DNA of 64,000 bases. It comes from Magnetospirillaceae bacterium. GTDB lineage: Bacteria; Pseudomonadota; Alphaproteobacteria; Rhodospirillales; Magnetospirillaceae. Position 1 is the first letter of the stretch. Every line of letters starts with the position of its first letter. The notes beneath the pieces are model-generated. The model was not told the origin of the DNA, did no database searches, and saw only the letters and a list, made by a program, of their open reading frames with translations. The translations under genes were made by a program, and so were the position numbers. Of this stretch, positions 54,509 through 63,802 are shown piece by piece. Location of the stretch: NCBI GenBank assembly GCA_036490215.1, contig DASXEH010000036.1:133208-197207 (forward strand). Direction: 5' to 3'.

Positions 54509-55186
54509 TCAATCCCCCGCGCGGATCATATAGCCCGCGCCGCGGACCGTGTGGATCAGCGGCCGCGGGAAGCCCTTATCGACGCGCGCCCGCAGCCGGC
54601 TGATGTGAACGTCGATCACGTTGGTCTGCGGATCGAAGTTGAAGTCCCACAGTGCTTCGAGCAGGTTGGTACGCGTCACCACCTGCCCCGCGTGCCGCAA
54701 TAGATATTCGAGAATGCGGAACTCGCGCGGCTGCAGCTTAATCGTCGAGCCGCTGCGCCGCACCGTACGGCTCATGCGATCCAATTCGAGATCGGCAACT
54801 TTCAGTAGAGGTGCTACGCCGCCCTTCTCGCGCCGGCGCAGCACCGCCTCCAGCCGCGCGATAACCTCGGCCACGGCATAAGGCTTCGAGATGTAATCGT
54901 CGGCGCCGGCGCGCAGCGTGCGGACGCGATCCTCGATGTCCGACATGTCGGAGACAATCAGCGCGGGCACTTCGCGGCCGGTCGCACGCAGAGCTTCGAC
55001 GAAGCGCAATCCATCCATGCGGGGCAACGCGCGATCGACGATCAGCGCATCGAACCGTCCGTCGCCGGCCAGTTCCAGCCCCTCCATCCCATCATGGGCG
55101 ATTTCGACGGCAAAGCCGGCTTCGCGCAACCCGCGCGCTAGAAACGCGGCCCCGGCCTTTTCTTCTTCGACGATTAGAACCTTCAC
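54509..55186 (-). CDS. OmpR/PhoB-family response regulator (no adjacent kinase)
   Basis: 225 aa. Receiver (VEEE..., ALIVDRALPRMDG, SKPY) plus a winged-helix domain (LQPREFRILEYLL...VIDVHISRLRARV...TVRGAGY). Confidence 0.9.
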   Translation of the reverse strand: MKVLIVEEEKAGAAFLARGLREAGFAVEIAHDGMEGLELAGDGRFDALIVDRALPRMDGLRFVEALRATGREVPALIVSDMSDIEDRVRTLRAGADDYISKPYAVAEVIARLEAVLRRREKGGVAPLLKVADLELDRMSRTVRRSGSTIKLQPREFRILEYLLRHAGQVVTRTNLLEALWDFNFDPQTNVIDVHISRLRARVDKGFPRPLIHTVRGAGYMIRAGD

Positions 55187-55222
55187 GTATCCATCCTTAT
55201 CGCGAAACCCATCTTACTTTTT

Positions 55223-55338
55223 CGTCATTCCCGCGCCACACGCTTCGCGTGCTTCATTTGTTTTCCCGCGGAGCGGGATGGGGAATCCAGAGCAGTTTCC
55301 CGCGCGGCCCTGGACCCCCGCCTGCGCGGGGGTGACAG
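55223..55338. repeat. palindromic element (family E)
   Basis: CGTCATTCCCGCG...GGGGAATCCAGAGCAG...CCCCGCCTGCGCGGGGGTGACAG. Intergenic between the response regulator and fumC. Confidence 0.75.
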
Positions 55339-55350
55339 TAGGAATGAAAG

Positions 55351-56763
55351 TCACCCTGGACCGATCATGGTCTCGGGCCGGACCAGGCGGTCGAACTCGG
55401 CATCGCTCAGATAGCCAAGTTTCTTGTTGGCCTCACGCAGGGTCAGATCCTCATGTAGCGCCGTATGGGCCAGCTTGGCGGCCTTGTCGTAGCCGATGGC
55501 CGGCGCCAGAGCGGTGACCAGCATCAGCGAACGGTCCAGCAATTCGCCGATGCGCCGCCGGTCGACCTCGATCCCGTCGATGCAGTACGCGATGAAACCA
55601 TGCGTCACATCGGTCAGCAGCCGCGCGGCGTGCAGGAAGTTGTAGATGATCACGGGCTTGAAGACGTTGAGCTCGAAATTGCCCTGACTGCCCGCGAATT
55701 GGATCGCGGCGTGGGCGGCATGGACCTGCACGGCCACCATGGTCACCGCCTCACACTGGGTCGGGTTGACCTTGCCGGGCATGATCGATGACCCGGGCTC
55801 GTTGTCGGGCAGCACCAATTCGCCGAGACCCGAGCGCGGTCCGGAAGCCAGCCAGCGGATGTCGTTGGCGATCTTCATCATCGATCCCGCCAGGGTGGCC
55901 AATGCGCCCGAGGCGAAGACCAACTCGTCATGGGCCGACAGCGCCGCGAATTTGTCGGGATGTGAACGGAACGGCAGCCCGGTCAGCTCCGCCAGTTTGG
56001 CCGCCGTCTTCTCGGCGAACCCTTTCGGCGCGTTGAGTCCGGTGCCGACAGCCGTGCCACCGATGGCAAGATCGTAAAGCCCATCGAGCACCGTCTCGAT
56101 ACGTGCGATATCGCGCTCGATCAGCGCCGCCCAGCCACCGATCTCTTGGCCCAAGGTCAGCGGCGTCGCGTCCTGAAGATGGGTGCGGCCGATCTTGACC
56201 ACGTCCTTGAAGGCATCCGACTTGGCGCGCAATGCCTTGGCCAGGCTGCGCATCGTCGGCAGCAGGTCGCGCGCGACGATCGTCGCCGCGGCGACATGCA
56301 TCGCGGTCGGGAACGTGTCGTTCGATGACTGCGACATGTTGACGTGATCGTTGGGATGAATGGGGGTTTTCGACCCGCGCGTGCCGCCGGCCAATTCGAT
56401 CGCGCGGTTGGCGATCACCTCGTTGACGTTCATGTTGGTTTGCGTGCCAGACCCGGTCTGCCAGACGCGCAACGGAAACTCGGCATCGAGCGCGCCCGCG
56501 ATCACCTCATCGGCGGCCGCGACAATCAGCTTTGCTTTGTCTTCAGGCAGCTTGCCGATGTCACGGTTCACCAACGCCGCGGCCTTCTTGAGCTGGGCCA
56601 GCGCATGGATCACCGGTAGCGGCATGTGGTCGTCGCCCACCGCGAAATGAATCAGCGAGCGCTGCGTCTGCGCGCCCCAATAACGCGCCGCAGGCACGTC
56701 GATCGCGCCCATACTGTCGGTCTCGCTACGCATCGGTTCGGTGCCGGGTTCGGTCTTGGCCAT
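55351..56763 (-). CDS. fumC: class II fumarate hydratase
   Basis: 470 aa. [16 protein letters not shown] signature. Confidence 0.95.
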   Translation of the reverse strand: MAKTEPGTEPMRSETDSMGAIDVPAARYWGAQTQRSLIHFAVGDDHMPLPVIHALAQLKKAAALVNRDIGKLPEDKAKLIVAAADEVIAGALDAEFPLRVWQTGSGTQTNMNVNEVIANRAIELAGGTRGSKTPIHPNDHVNMSQSSNDTFPTAMHVAAATIVARDLLPTMRSLAKALRAKSDAFKDVVKIGRTHLQDATPLTLGQEIGGWAALIERDIARIETVLDGLYDLAIGGTAVGTGLNAPKGFAEKTAAKLAELTGLPFRSHPDKFAALSAHDELVFASGALATLAGSMMKIANDIRWLASGPRSGLGELVLPDNEPGSSIMPGKVNPTQCEAVTMVAVQVHAAHAAIQFAGSQGNFELNVFKPVIIYNFLHAARLLTDVTHGFIAYCIDGIEVDRRRIGELLDRSLMLVTALAPAIGYDKAAKLAHTALHEDLTLREANKKLGYLSDAEFDRLVRPETMIGPG

Positions 56764-56901
56764 AGCCGCTCTCTCAATGGGTTCTGGCCATTATATAGGT
56801 CGCGCATAGGGGCGAACCAGAATAGCCACGGCTTGACTACCCTAACTTGACCTCCTCAACTTGACCATCGGGGATCGGACCGATATCAGTTCCAAGGCAT
56901 C

Positions 56902-57843
56902 ATGAGTGAAACACCGACAGCACCGCAGATCGTCACGTCCGGCCGCGCAGCCATATTGGTAGCCTTTGCGGCGCTGTTCATGGGCCTGAGCTGGCCGCTC
57001 CTGCACATCTCGATGCAGTCGATCGAACCTCTGTGGTTCAACGCCACGCGCATGCTGCTCGCGGGCATCGTTCTGGCCCTCGTGTTGGCCGTGCGGGGCA
57101 AGCTAATCCTTCCGCCACGCCAAGACTTGCGGATGCTGTTGAGCCTGGGGCTATTCCAATTCGGGCTGATGGCGATCCTGATTGCCTATGGCGTGTCTAT
57201 CGTCGGCGCGGGGCGCACGGCGATGCTGGTCTATACGATCACCATTTGGGTGACTTTGGGATCGATCATCTTCTATGGCGAGAAGCCGTCGCGCGCCCAG
57301 CTGGCCGGCATCTGCTGCGGCATCGCCGGGCTGCTCACCCTGTTCAGCCCGTTCGGCTTCGACTGGAGCGACCGGCATGTGCTGATCGGCAATGGCTGCG
57401 CGGTATTGGCTGCCATCGTCTGGTCCGTGCCCTTGCTGCAAGTGCGGCGTCATCGCTGGCACGCCGATCCGCTGCAGCTTCTGCCCTATGAGACGATCCT
57501 GGGCGGTTTGCTCACCCTGCCTTTCGCAATGATCTTCGAATCGACCGTTCCCCATATCGACTGGAACACCCGCGCCGCTCTCTCCTTTACCTTCATCGTG
57601 ATCATGGCGACCAATTTTTCGTTCTGGGCACTGGTCACGGCGGGCCGTCGCCTACCCGCGATCGCGCTCTCGCTGGCTCAGTTGACCACGCCGGTCATCG
57701 GCGTGATCAGCGCGGCCTTCATCGTCGCTGAAGTGCCGAGCTGGACCGATATCGCGGGCCTGGCCCTGATCGTCTGCGGTGTGGCCGTTGCAGCCATTTT
57801 CGGGCGCAGGCGTACTGTGCAGGCTCCTGCGCCGGCACGCTAG
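56902..57843 (+). CDS. DMT-superfamily (EamA-like) transporter
   Basis: 313 aa, about 10 hydrophobic helices in two EamA halves. Confidence 0.85.
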   Translation: MSETPTAPQIVTSGRAAILVAFAALFMGLSWPLLHISMQSIEPLWFNATRMLLAGIVLALVLAVRGKLILPPRQDLRMLLSLGLFQFGLMAILIAYGVSIVGAGRTAMLVYTITIWVTLGSIIFYGEKPSRAQLAGICCGIAGLLTLFSPFGFDWSDRHVLIGNGCAVLAAIVWSVPLLQVRRHRWHADPLQLLPYETILGGLLTLPFAMIFESTVPHIDWNTRAALSFTFIVIMATNFSFWALVTAGRRLPAIALSLAQLTTPVIGVISAAFIVAEVPSWTDIAGLALIVCGVAVAAIFGRRRTVQAPAPAR

Positions 57844-57892
57844 ACCCTCTGCCGGATTCGGTTATCCTAGAGCCGGTTCTGGGGAGCATTTC

Positions 57893-58885
57893 ATGGGTTA
57901 TGTACCGGTCATCGATCTGGCGCCCGCAGCACAGGGGGGAGATGCGCGCGACACGGTGGCGCGCAAGATCGCCGAGGCCTGCGAAAAGGTCGGTTTCTTT
58001 GCCATCAGCGGCCATAACGTGCCGCAAGCGATTATCGATGGCGTCTGGACGGCGACGCGCCGTTTCTTCGATCTCCCCGATGCAACCAAGCGCAGCGCGA
58101 TCATGCCGCGGCCGGGCTATCCCTATGGCTGGTCGCCGGTGGCCGGGGAAAGCCTGGCCTATTCGCTGGGCGAGCGCCGTCCGCCCGACCTCAAGGAGAC
58201 CTTCTCCCTCGGCCCGGCTGATCTGATTCCGGCCCCGGCGATCCAAGACGCTGCCGACTTCGCCTGGGCACCGAATATCTGGCCACATGAGCCATCGGAT
58301 TTTCGCGCCGCCACCTTGGCCTATTATCGCGCCATGGACGAGCTGGCCGGGCGATTGATGCGGCTGTTCGCAATCGGTCTCGATCTGCCCGAAGATATTT
58401 TCGAGCCGACGATCGATCACGCGATCAGTGCGCTGCGCCTGCTCAATTATCCCAACCAGACCGAGGAACCCGAGCCGGGCCAGTTGCGCGCGGGTGCACA
58501 TAGTGATTACGGCTCGCTCACCATCCTTCTGCAGGAGCAGGCTCCCGGTGGACTTGAGGTGCAGGGCGTCGACGGCGTATGGCATCCGATGCCGGCCATC
58601 CCCGGTACTTTCGTCGTCAATCTCGGTGACCTGATGGCGCGTTGGACCAATGACCGCTGGCGCTCAACGCTCCATCGCGTCGTCAACCCGCCGCGCTACG
58701 CGCAAGGTTCGACACGGCGCCAATCGATCGCCTTCTTCCACCAGCCGAATTGGGATGCCGATATCGTCTGCATCCCCACCTGCCTGAAGCCCGGCGAAAA
58801 GCCGAAATACGCCCCGGTCCGTTCCGGGCCTTATCTCGCCTCAAAGTTCAAATCCACCGTCACTCTGGCCGAGGCACGCGGCTGA
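57893..58885 (+). CDS. 2-oxoglutarate/Fe(II)-dependent oxygenase (isopenicillin N synthase-like)
   Basis: ATG after ggggag (in frame within track ORF 57779-58885). VPVIDL N-terminal motif, H-x-D (GAHSDYGSLTIL), distal His (STLHRV) and RxS (RRQSIAFF). Confidence 0.85.
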   Translation: MGYVPVIDLAPAAQGGDARDTVARKIAEACEKVGFFAISGHNVPQAIIDGVWTATRRFFDLPDATKRSAIMPRPGYPYGWSPVAGESLAYSLGERRPPDLKETFSLGPADLIPAPAIQDAADFAWAPNIWPHEPSDFRAATLAYYRAMDELAGRLMRLFAIGLDLPEDIFEPTIDHAISALRLLNYPNQTEEPEPGQLRAGAHSDYGSLTILLQEQAPGGLEVQGVDGVWHPMPAIPGTFVVNLGDLMARWTNDRWRSTLHRVVNPPRYAQGSTRRQSIAFFHQPNWDADIVCIPTCLKPGEKPKYAPVRSGPYLASKFKSTVTLAEARG

Positions 58886-59538
58886 TGCTGAGCCATATCG
58901 TCACCTCATTCCTGGCGGTGGCCGTTGCGCTGTTCCCCATCGTCAACCCGATCGGCATGGTGCCGGTATTCATCCAGCTGACCGAAGGCTCGACCGACAC
59001 CGTGCGCGCAGCCGTGGCGATGCGTATCGCCGTGGGTGGTTTGTGCCTGATGCTGGGCGCGCTGTTCGTCGGCTCCTATATCCTCGCCTTTTTCGGCCTG
59101 ACGATTCCCGCCGTGCAGGTGGCGGGTGGGTTGCTGGTGATCTCGACCGGCTGGCGCCTGATGAATCAAGGCGACACCGATCGCCAGGGCAGTCAGGTCG
59201 GCAAAGTGCCGGCCGAGGTGATCCTGCGCCGCTCGTTCTTCCCGCTGACCATGCCGCTGACCGTCGGGCCCGGCACGATCTCGGTCGCCATCGTCATGGG
59301 CTCGAAAAGTGCGTCCTCCGACTCGATCCTGATCGACGCCATCGGCGCCGTCGCCGGTGTCGTGCTGGTGGCGGCGGCGATTTATATCTGTTTCCGCTAT
59401 GCCACGCGCGTCATCGGCTTCCTCGGCCCAGAGGGATCGGACGTGGTGACCCGCCTCTCGGCTTTCATCCTGATGTGCCTGGGCGTCCAGATTCTGTGGA
59501 ACGGCTACACCGCGCTTGCCGCGCTCGGCGGACATTGA
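58885..59538 (+). CDS. MarC-family (UPF0056) membrane protein
   Basis: The ATG overlaps the oxygenase stop. ALFPIVNPIGMVPVF motif. Six hydrophobic segments. Confidence 0.85.
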   Translation: MLSHIVTSFLAVAVALFPIVNPIGMVPVFIQLTEGSTDTVRAAVAMRIAVGGLCLMLGALFVGSYILAFFGLTIPAVQVAGGLLVISTGWRLMNQGDTDRQGSQVGKVPAEVILRRSFFPLTMPLTVGPGTISVAIVMGSKSASSDSILIDAIGAVAGVVLVAAAIYICFRYATRVIGFLGPEGSDVVTRLSAFILMCLGVQILWNGYTALAALGGH

Positions 59539-59557
59539 GCCCGAAACGCACGGCACG

Positions 59558-60451
59558 ATGGCCCAACGTCTTCCTTCGCTGAATGCCCTGCGCGCCTTCG
59601 AGGCGGTTGCGCGGACGGGAAGCGTTCGCGCAGCGGCGACCGAGCTCAACGTCGTCCATGGCGCCGTCAGCCAGCAGATCAAGGTGCTCGAGGACCAGGT
59701 CGGTGCGCCGCTTTTCACGCGCAGCGGGCGCAAGCTGGCGCTGACCGATCACGGCAAGCGCTATGCCGATGCGCTGAACTCCGCCTTCTCGATCATCGAA
59801 CGCGCCGGTCAGGAACTGGCGCCGCATCCGACCCGCCCATTCCGCCTGGGCGTCACCGAGAGCATGGCCACCTATTGGCTGATACCGCGCCTTCCGCACT
59901 TCAAGCAGAAGCATCCCGAGGTCGCGCTCGATCTGGTCACGATCCCTCTCCTCACCAGCCTGTCGGAATCCGACCTCGACGCCGTCATCCTCGGCGCCGA
60001 TTATCGGCCGCGGCCTGATATCGTCGGCACGAAGATCATCGATGATATTTTCGGCCCGGTGGCAACATTCGAGGTCGTGAAGCGCTTCGGCCTCAAGCGC
60101 AATCCGCATCGGCTGGCCGAGGTGCCGCTGTTGACCTCGGCCGAAACCGATCGGCTATTTCCGGACTGGTTCCGCGAAGCTGGCGTCGAGCCGGTGCGCT
60201 TTGCTCATCGGCTGGAATTCGAGCGCCTGCTCTTCGTAATCGCAGCTGTCAAAGCGGGGCTGGGCATCGCCGTCGTGCCGCTTCCCTCTGTTGCGCCCGA
60301 TCTCAAAGACAAGCGGTTGGTGGCGCCGTTCGGCACTGTCAAGCGGCGCGGCGGCTATTACCTCTGCTGCCGCCGGGCCGATGCACAGCGTGCCCCGTAC
60401 CGCGCTCTCCGCGATTGGCTGGTGACCGAAGGCGCCGCTGACGCTGGATAA
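59558..60451 (+). CDS. LysR-family transcriptional regulator (GcvA-like)
   Basis: HTH LNALRAFEAVARTGSVRAAATELNVVHGAVSQQIKVLE. ATG at 59558 within track ORF 59516-60451. Confidence 0.88.
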   Translation: MAQRLPSLNALRAFEAVARTGSVRAAATELNVVHGAVSQQIKVLEDQVGAPLFTRSGRKLALTDHGKRYADALNSAFSIIERAGQELAPHPTRPFRLGVTESMATYWLIPRLPHFKQKHPEVALDLVTIPLLTSLSESDLDAVILGADYRPRPDIVGTKIIDDIFGPVATFEVVKRFGLKRNPHRLAEVPLLTSAETDRLFPDWFREAGVEPVRFAHRLEFERLLFVIAAVKAGLGIAVVPLPSVAPDLKDKRLVAPFGTVKRRGGYYLCCRRADAQRAPYRALRDWLVTEGAADAG

Positions 60452-60528
60452 CATTTCTATCCAGGCGGTCAGTATTGCTCGTTTGCCCGCCCCGCCAAGG
60501 CCCGTTAGCCTTACGTCAGGATTCGAGC

Positions 60529-60607
60529 GTCATTGCGAGCGCAGCGAAGCAATCCAGAGCCTCCAACAGCCCACTGGATCGCTTCGTCGGCTATGCCTCG
60601 CGATGAC
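60529..60607. repeat. family-A palindromic element (copy A3)
   Basis: GTCATTGCGAGCGCAGCGAAGCAATCCAGAGCC...CTGGATCGCTTCGTCGGCTATGCCTCGCGATGAC. Confidence 0.85.
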
Positions 60608-60662
60608 GATCAGAACTAGGCGAAATAGATTTTAGTGAACCAACAATGTGGGGGAACCTGTG

Positions 60663-61835
60663 ATGTCCGGTGATCTTCTTGAACGTGGCCGCCGGCGGGT
60701 GGAATGGATCCGCTCGCAGATGCATCTGCTCGCCCGCGTGCGCAAGGATTTCGAGGCCAGCCAACCGTTCAAAGGTCTGACCATCGGCATGGGCCTGCAT
60801 ACGGAACCCAAGACCGTGGTGCTGATCGAAACCCTGCGTGCCGGCGGCGCACGCATCGTCGGCACCGGCAATCACGGCTCGACCCAGGACGACATGGTCG
60901 CCGTGCTGCGCGCCACGGGCATGGAAATCTATGGCAATCGCACCGACACCTGGGAACAGCATCTGGCGGATGTCGCGCGCGTGGTCGACAGCAAACCCGA
61001 TATCCTGCTCGACAACGGCGCCGATCTTGTTGCCACCGCATTGGCCAAAGGCACGCTCGGCTCGATCCGCGGCGGCACTGAGGAGACCACCTCGGGCGAT
61101 GACCGCTTGCGCAGCGAACTGGCCGGCAAAGTGCCCTTCCCCGTGATCGTCATCAACGACAGCCCGATCAAGCAGATCGTCGAGAACCAGCACGCGGTGG
61201 GCGAAGGCGTGGTCGAAAGCTTCATGCGCATGACCAACCTTCAGGTCAACGGCCGCCGCTTCGTGGTGGTCGGCTATGGCTGGTGCGGGCGCGGCACCGC
61301 CCATTACCTGCGCAGCTTCGGCGGCCAAGTGGCTGTGGCCGAGATCGATCCGATCAAGCAGATGGAAGCGGTGATGGCGGGATTCAAAGTCGGCACGTTG
61401 AAGGAACTGGCGCCCTGGGGCCAGGCCTTCGTCACCGTCACCGCGCGCGAGAAAGTGATCTCGACCGAAGCCTTCAATCTGATGCCCAATGGCGCCGTGC
61501 TGGCCAATTCGGGGCACTTCCCGACCGAGATCGACGTGCCGGCGCTGCGTCAGCTCGCCAAATCGACCTATCTGATCGACGACGACATCGAGCGCTTCGA
61601 TCTGCCCAACGGCAACGCGCTGTTCCTGATCGCCAATGGGCGCATGTTCAACCTGGCCGGGCGCGAGCCCAAGGGCAATTCGATCGAAGCGATGGATGTC
61701 GGCTTCCTGCTCCAGTCGCTATGCCTGGAACGCGTTGCGCAAGCAAAGAAAGGCGATCTCGCGTTGGGCGCCAATGCGGTGCCGAAGGATATCAACCGCG
61801 AGATCGCATCGCGGATCGTGACGCTGCTGTCGTAG
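60663..61835 (+). CDS. adenosylhomocysteinase-family protein, short divergent paralogue
   Basis: About 390 aa. SAHH block order is kept: GLHTEPKTVVLIETL, STQDD, EETTSG, INDSPIK, NAD fold VVVGYGWCGRGTA, EIDPI, SGHF. Several canonical active-site strings are altered. The ATG at 60663 is preferred over the track's GTG at 60648. Confidence 0.8.
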   Translation: MSGDLLERGRRRVEWIRSQMHLLARVRKDFEASQPFKGLTIGMGLHTEPKTVVLIETLRAGGARIVGTGNHGSTQDDMVAVLRATGMEIYGNRTDTWEQHLADVARVVDSKPDILLDNGADLVATALAKGTLGSIRGGTEETTSGDDRLRSELAGKVPFPVIVINDSPIKQIVENQHAVGEGVVESFMRMTNLQVNGRRFVVVGYGWCGRGTAHYLRSFGGQVAVAEIDPIKQMEAVMAGFKVGTLKELAPWGQAFVTVTAREKVISTEAFNLMPNGAVLANSGHFPTEIDVPALRQLAKSTYLIDDDIERFDLPNGNALFLIANGRMFNLAGREPKGNSIEAMDVGFLLQSLCLERVAQAKKGDLALGANAVPKDINREIASRIVTLLS

Positions 61836-61841
61836 AAAAGC

Positions 61842-61921
61842 GTCATTGCGAGCGATAGAGAAGCAATCCAGAGTCGCGCGGAAGCCCTGGATTGCTTCGT
61901 CGCTGCGCTTCTCGCAATGAC
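61842..61921. repeat. family-A palindromic element (copy A4)
   Basis: GTCATTGCGAGCGATAGAGAAGCAATCCAGAGTC...CCTGGATTGCTTCGTCGCTGCGCTTCTCGCAATGAC. Confidence 0.85.
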
Positions 61922-61932
61922 GAATTCTAGCG

Positions 61933-62757
61933 TTAAACCGCAGCCACCAGCTTCGGCAGCAGTGCGGCCAGATTGGCGCCGCCGGTCTGCGCGTTCTTGA
62001 TGATCTCTTCGAGCGTGTCAGCCTTCTGATCGGGTCCGCCGGTCGCCACATTGGTGATGATCGAGAAGGCCAGCACCTTCATGCCGCAATGCTTGGCAGC
62101 AATCACTTCGGGTATGGTCGACATACCGACCGCATCGCCGCCGATCAAACGCAGGAAACGCCGTTCCGCCGAGGTTTCGAGCGATGGACCGATCACGGCG
62201 GCATAGACGCCTTCCTGGATCCGCTGTTTGGCCTGACGGGCAATCTCGCGCGCGACCACCAGCAGTTCGCGATCATAGGCATTGGACATATCGGGAAAGC
62301 GCGGCCCGATCTTCTCGTCGTTCTCGCCCACCAGCGGATTCACACCAATCATGTTGATATGATCGGTGATCAACATGATGTCGCCCGGCGTAAAATCGTC
62401 GTTGAGTCCGCCCGCCGCATTGGTCGCGATCAGCGTCTTCACGCCCAGACGCTTGAACAGATAGATCGGCAGTTTGACATCGTCGGCCTGCCAGCCTTCG
62501 TAGAAATGAAAGCGCCCCTGCATGATCGCCACGCGCCGGCCGGCGATGGTACCGATCAGCAGTTTACCGGCATGGCTGGCCACCGTGCTGCGCGGGAATG
62601 CATCGATCTCGCTATAGGGAATGACGATCGGATTGGCCATCGCCTCGGCCACGCCGCCGAGACCGGTGCCAAGAATGATCGCGATATCGATCAGTCCGCC
62701 GACACGATCTTTGATGCTGGCCAGGGCTTTGTCCAGCCGCTCCGCAAGCTTGGTCAT
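61933..62757 (-). CDS. purine nucleoside phosphorylase (trimeric PNP/PunA type)
   Basis: 274 aa. HAGKLLIGTIAGRRVAIMQGRFHFYEG, VGMSTIPEV, and the Asn context SIITNVA typical of 6-oxopurine-specific PNPs. Confidence 0.9.
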   Translation of the reverse strand: MTKLAERLDKALASIKDRVGGLIDIAIILGTGLGGVAEAMANPIVIPYSEIDAFPRSTVASHAGKLLIGTIAGRRVAIMQGRFHFYEGWQADDVKLPIYLFKRLGVKTLIATNAAGGLNDDFTPGDIMLITDHINMIGVNPLVGENDEKIGPRFPDMSNAYDRELLVVAREIARQAKQRIQEGVYAAVIGPSLETSAERRFLRLIGGDAVGMSTIPEVIAAKHCGMKVLAFSIITNVATGGPDQKADTLEEIIKNAQTGGANLAALLPKLVAAV

Positions 62758-62806
62758 GATCCTCTCCCCTTGATCGGACCAAGTGTCTGCGGAATGCCCG
62801 CGGACG

Positions 62807-63709
62807 TCAAACGGCGATACGCGGTCGCCGGTTCACCAGCCAAAGTCCGGCAGCTACCAGCACCAACGCCACGACCAAGATTGGCGTGACTGTTTCGCCC
62901 AGCACAACCGCCCCGAAGATCATGCCGAACAGCGGCGACAGGAACGAGAACGCGGCCAATCGCGTTGCCGGGTAGTGGCCGATCAGCCAGAACCAGCCAA
63001 GATAGGATGCGAAGGCAACGACGACAATCTGCCAGACCAGCAATCCGAGCCCGACCGGCGTCGGATTCGTGAAGCCCGGCTCGCCGACGGCCCAGGCGGT
63101 CAGCGTCAACGTGATCGCCGAGACCACGAGCTGGTAGAAAAGCGTCTTGCTGGCGCTGATGCGGATCAACGCGCTGGCGCGCACCACCACCGTCGTCGCA
63201 CCCCATACCGCGGCAGCCGCCAACATCAACAGGTCCCCAGCCCACTGTCGATCACCTGTCGCCCGCGCGCCTTCGGCAAAGGCTGCGAACACGCCGACGA
63301 ACGCGCAGACGAGCCCCAACACCTGCGGCAGGCGCAATCGTTCCGCCGGCACCAGCCAATGGAGTCCGCCAGCCACGATGAAGGGCGAGGTGTAGAGGAA
63401 CAGCACGCCGCGCGAGGCCGTCGTGAATTGCAGGCCGTAGAAAATCAGACCGAACTCGGCGGCGAACAAAAGTCCGGCCAAGATGCCCGCCCGGAAGGAC
63501 CCATCGCGCGCGAACAGCGGGACGCCGCGCACCCCGCACCAAATCCAGAGCAGAATTGCTGCACCCGCCGACCGTATCCCCGCCTGCAGCAGCGGCGAGA
63601 TACTGGCGTTCGCGATCTTGACCACCACCTGGTTGAAACCCCAGATAGCGCAGAACAAGATCATCAGCCCCATCGCCAGGGCGTCGAGCTGGGTGCGGCG
63701 TTCGGTCAC
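62807..63709 (-). CDS. DMT-superfamily (EamA-like) transporter
   Basis: 300 aa, 10 hydrophobic helices. Confidence 0.85.
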   Translation of the reverse strand: MTERRTQLDALAMGLMILFCAIWGFNQVVVKIANASISPLLQAGIRSAGAAILLWIWCGVRGVPLFARDGSFRAGILAGLLFAAEFGLIFYGLQFTTASRGVLFLYTSPFIVAGGLHWLVPAERLRLPQVLGLVCAFVGVFAAFAEGARATGDRQWAGDLLMLAAAAVWGATTVVVRASALIRISASKTLFYQLVVSAITLTLTAWAVGEPGFTNPTPVGLGLLVWQIVVVAFASYLGWFWLIGHYPATRLAAFSFLSPLFGMIFGAVVLGETVTPILVVALVLVAAGLWLVNRRPRIAV

Positions 63710-63802
63710 GAGGACGAGCGGTGTCGGGAAATGAAACTCACCCCGCGTTTGTCGTCCATTTCCGCTGCGGCGGCAAGTCCCGGCTGTTTTGCGCCTGCGG
63801 TA

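Noticed and set aside
60591-62889. ORFs 60591-61517 (minus strand) and 62089-62889 (+ strand).
   Set aside because: They are antisense to the SAHH-like and PNP genes respectively and have no motifs.
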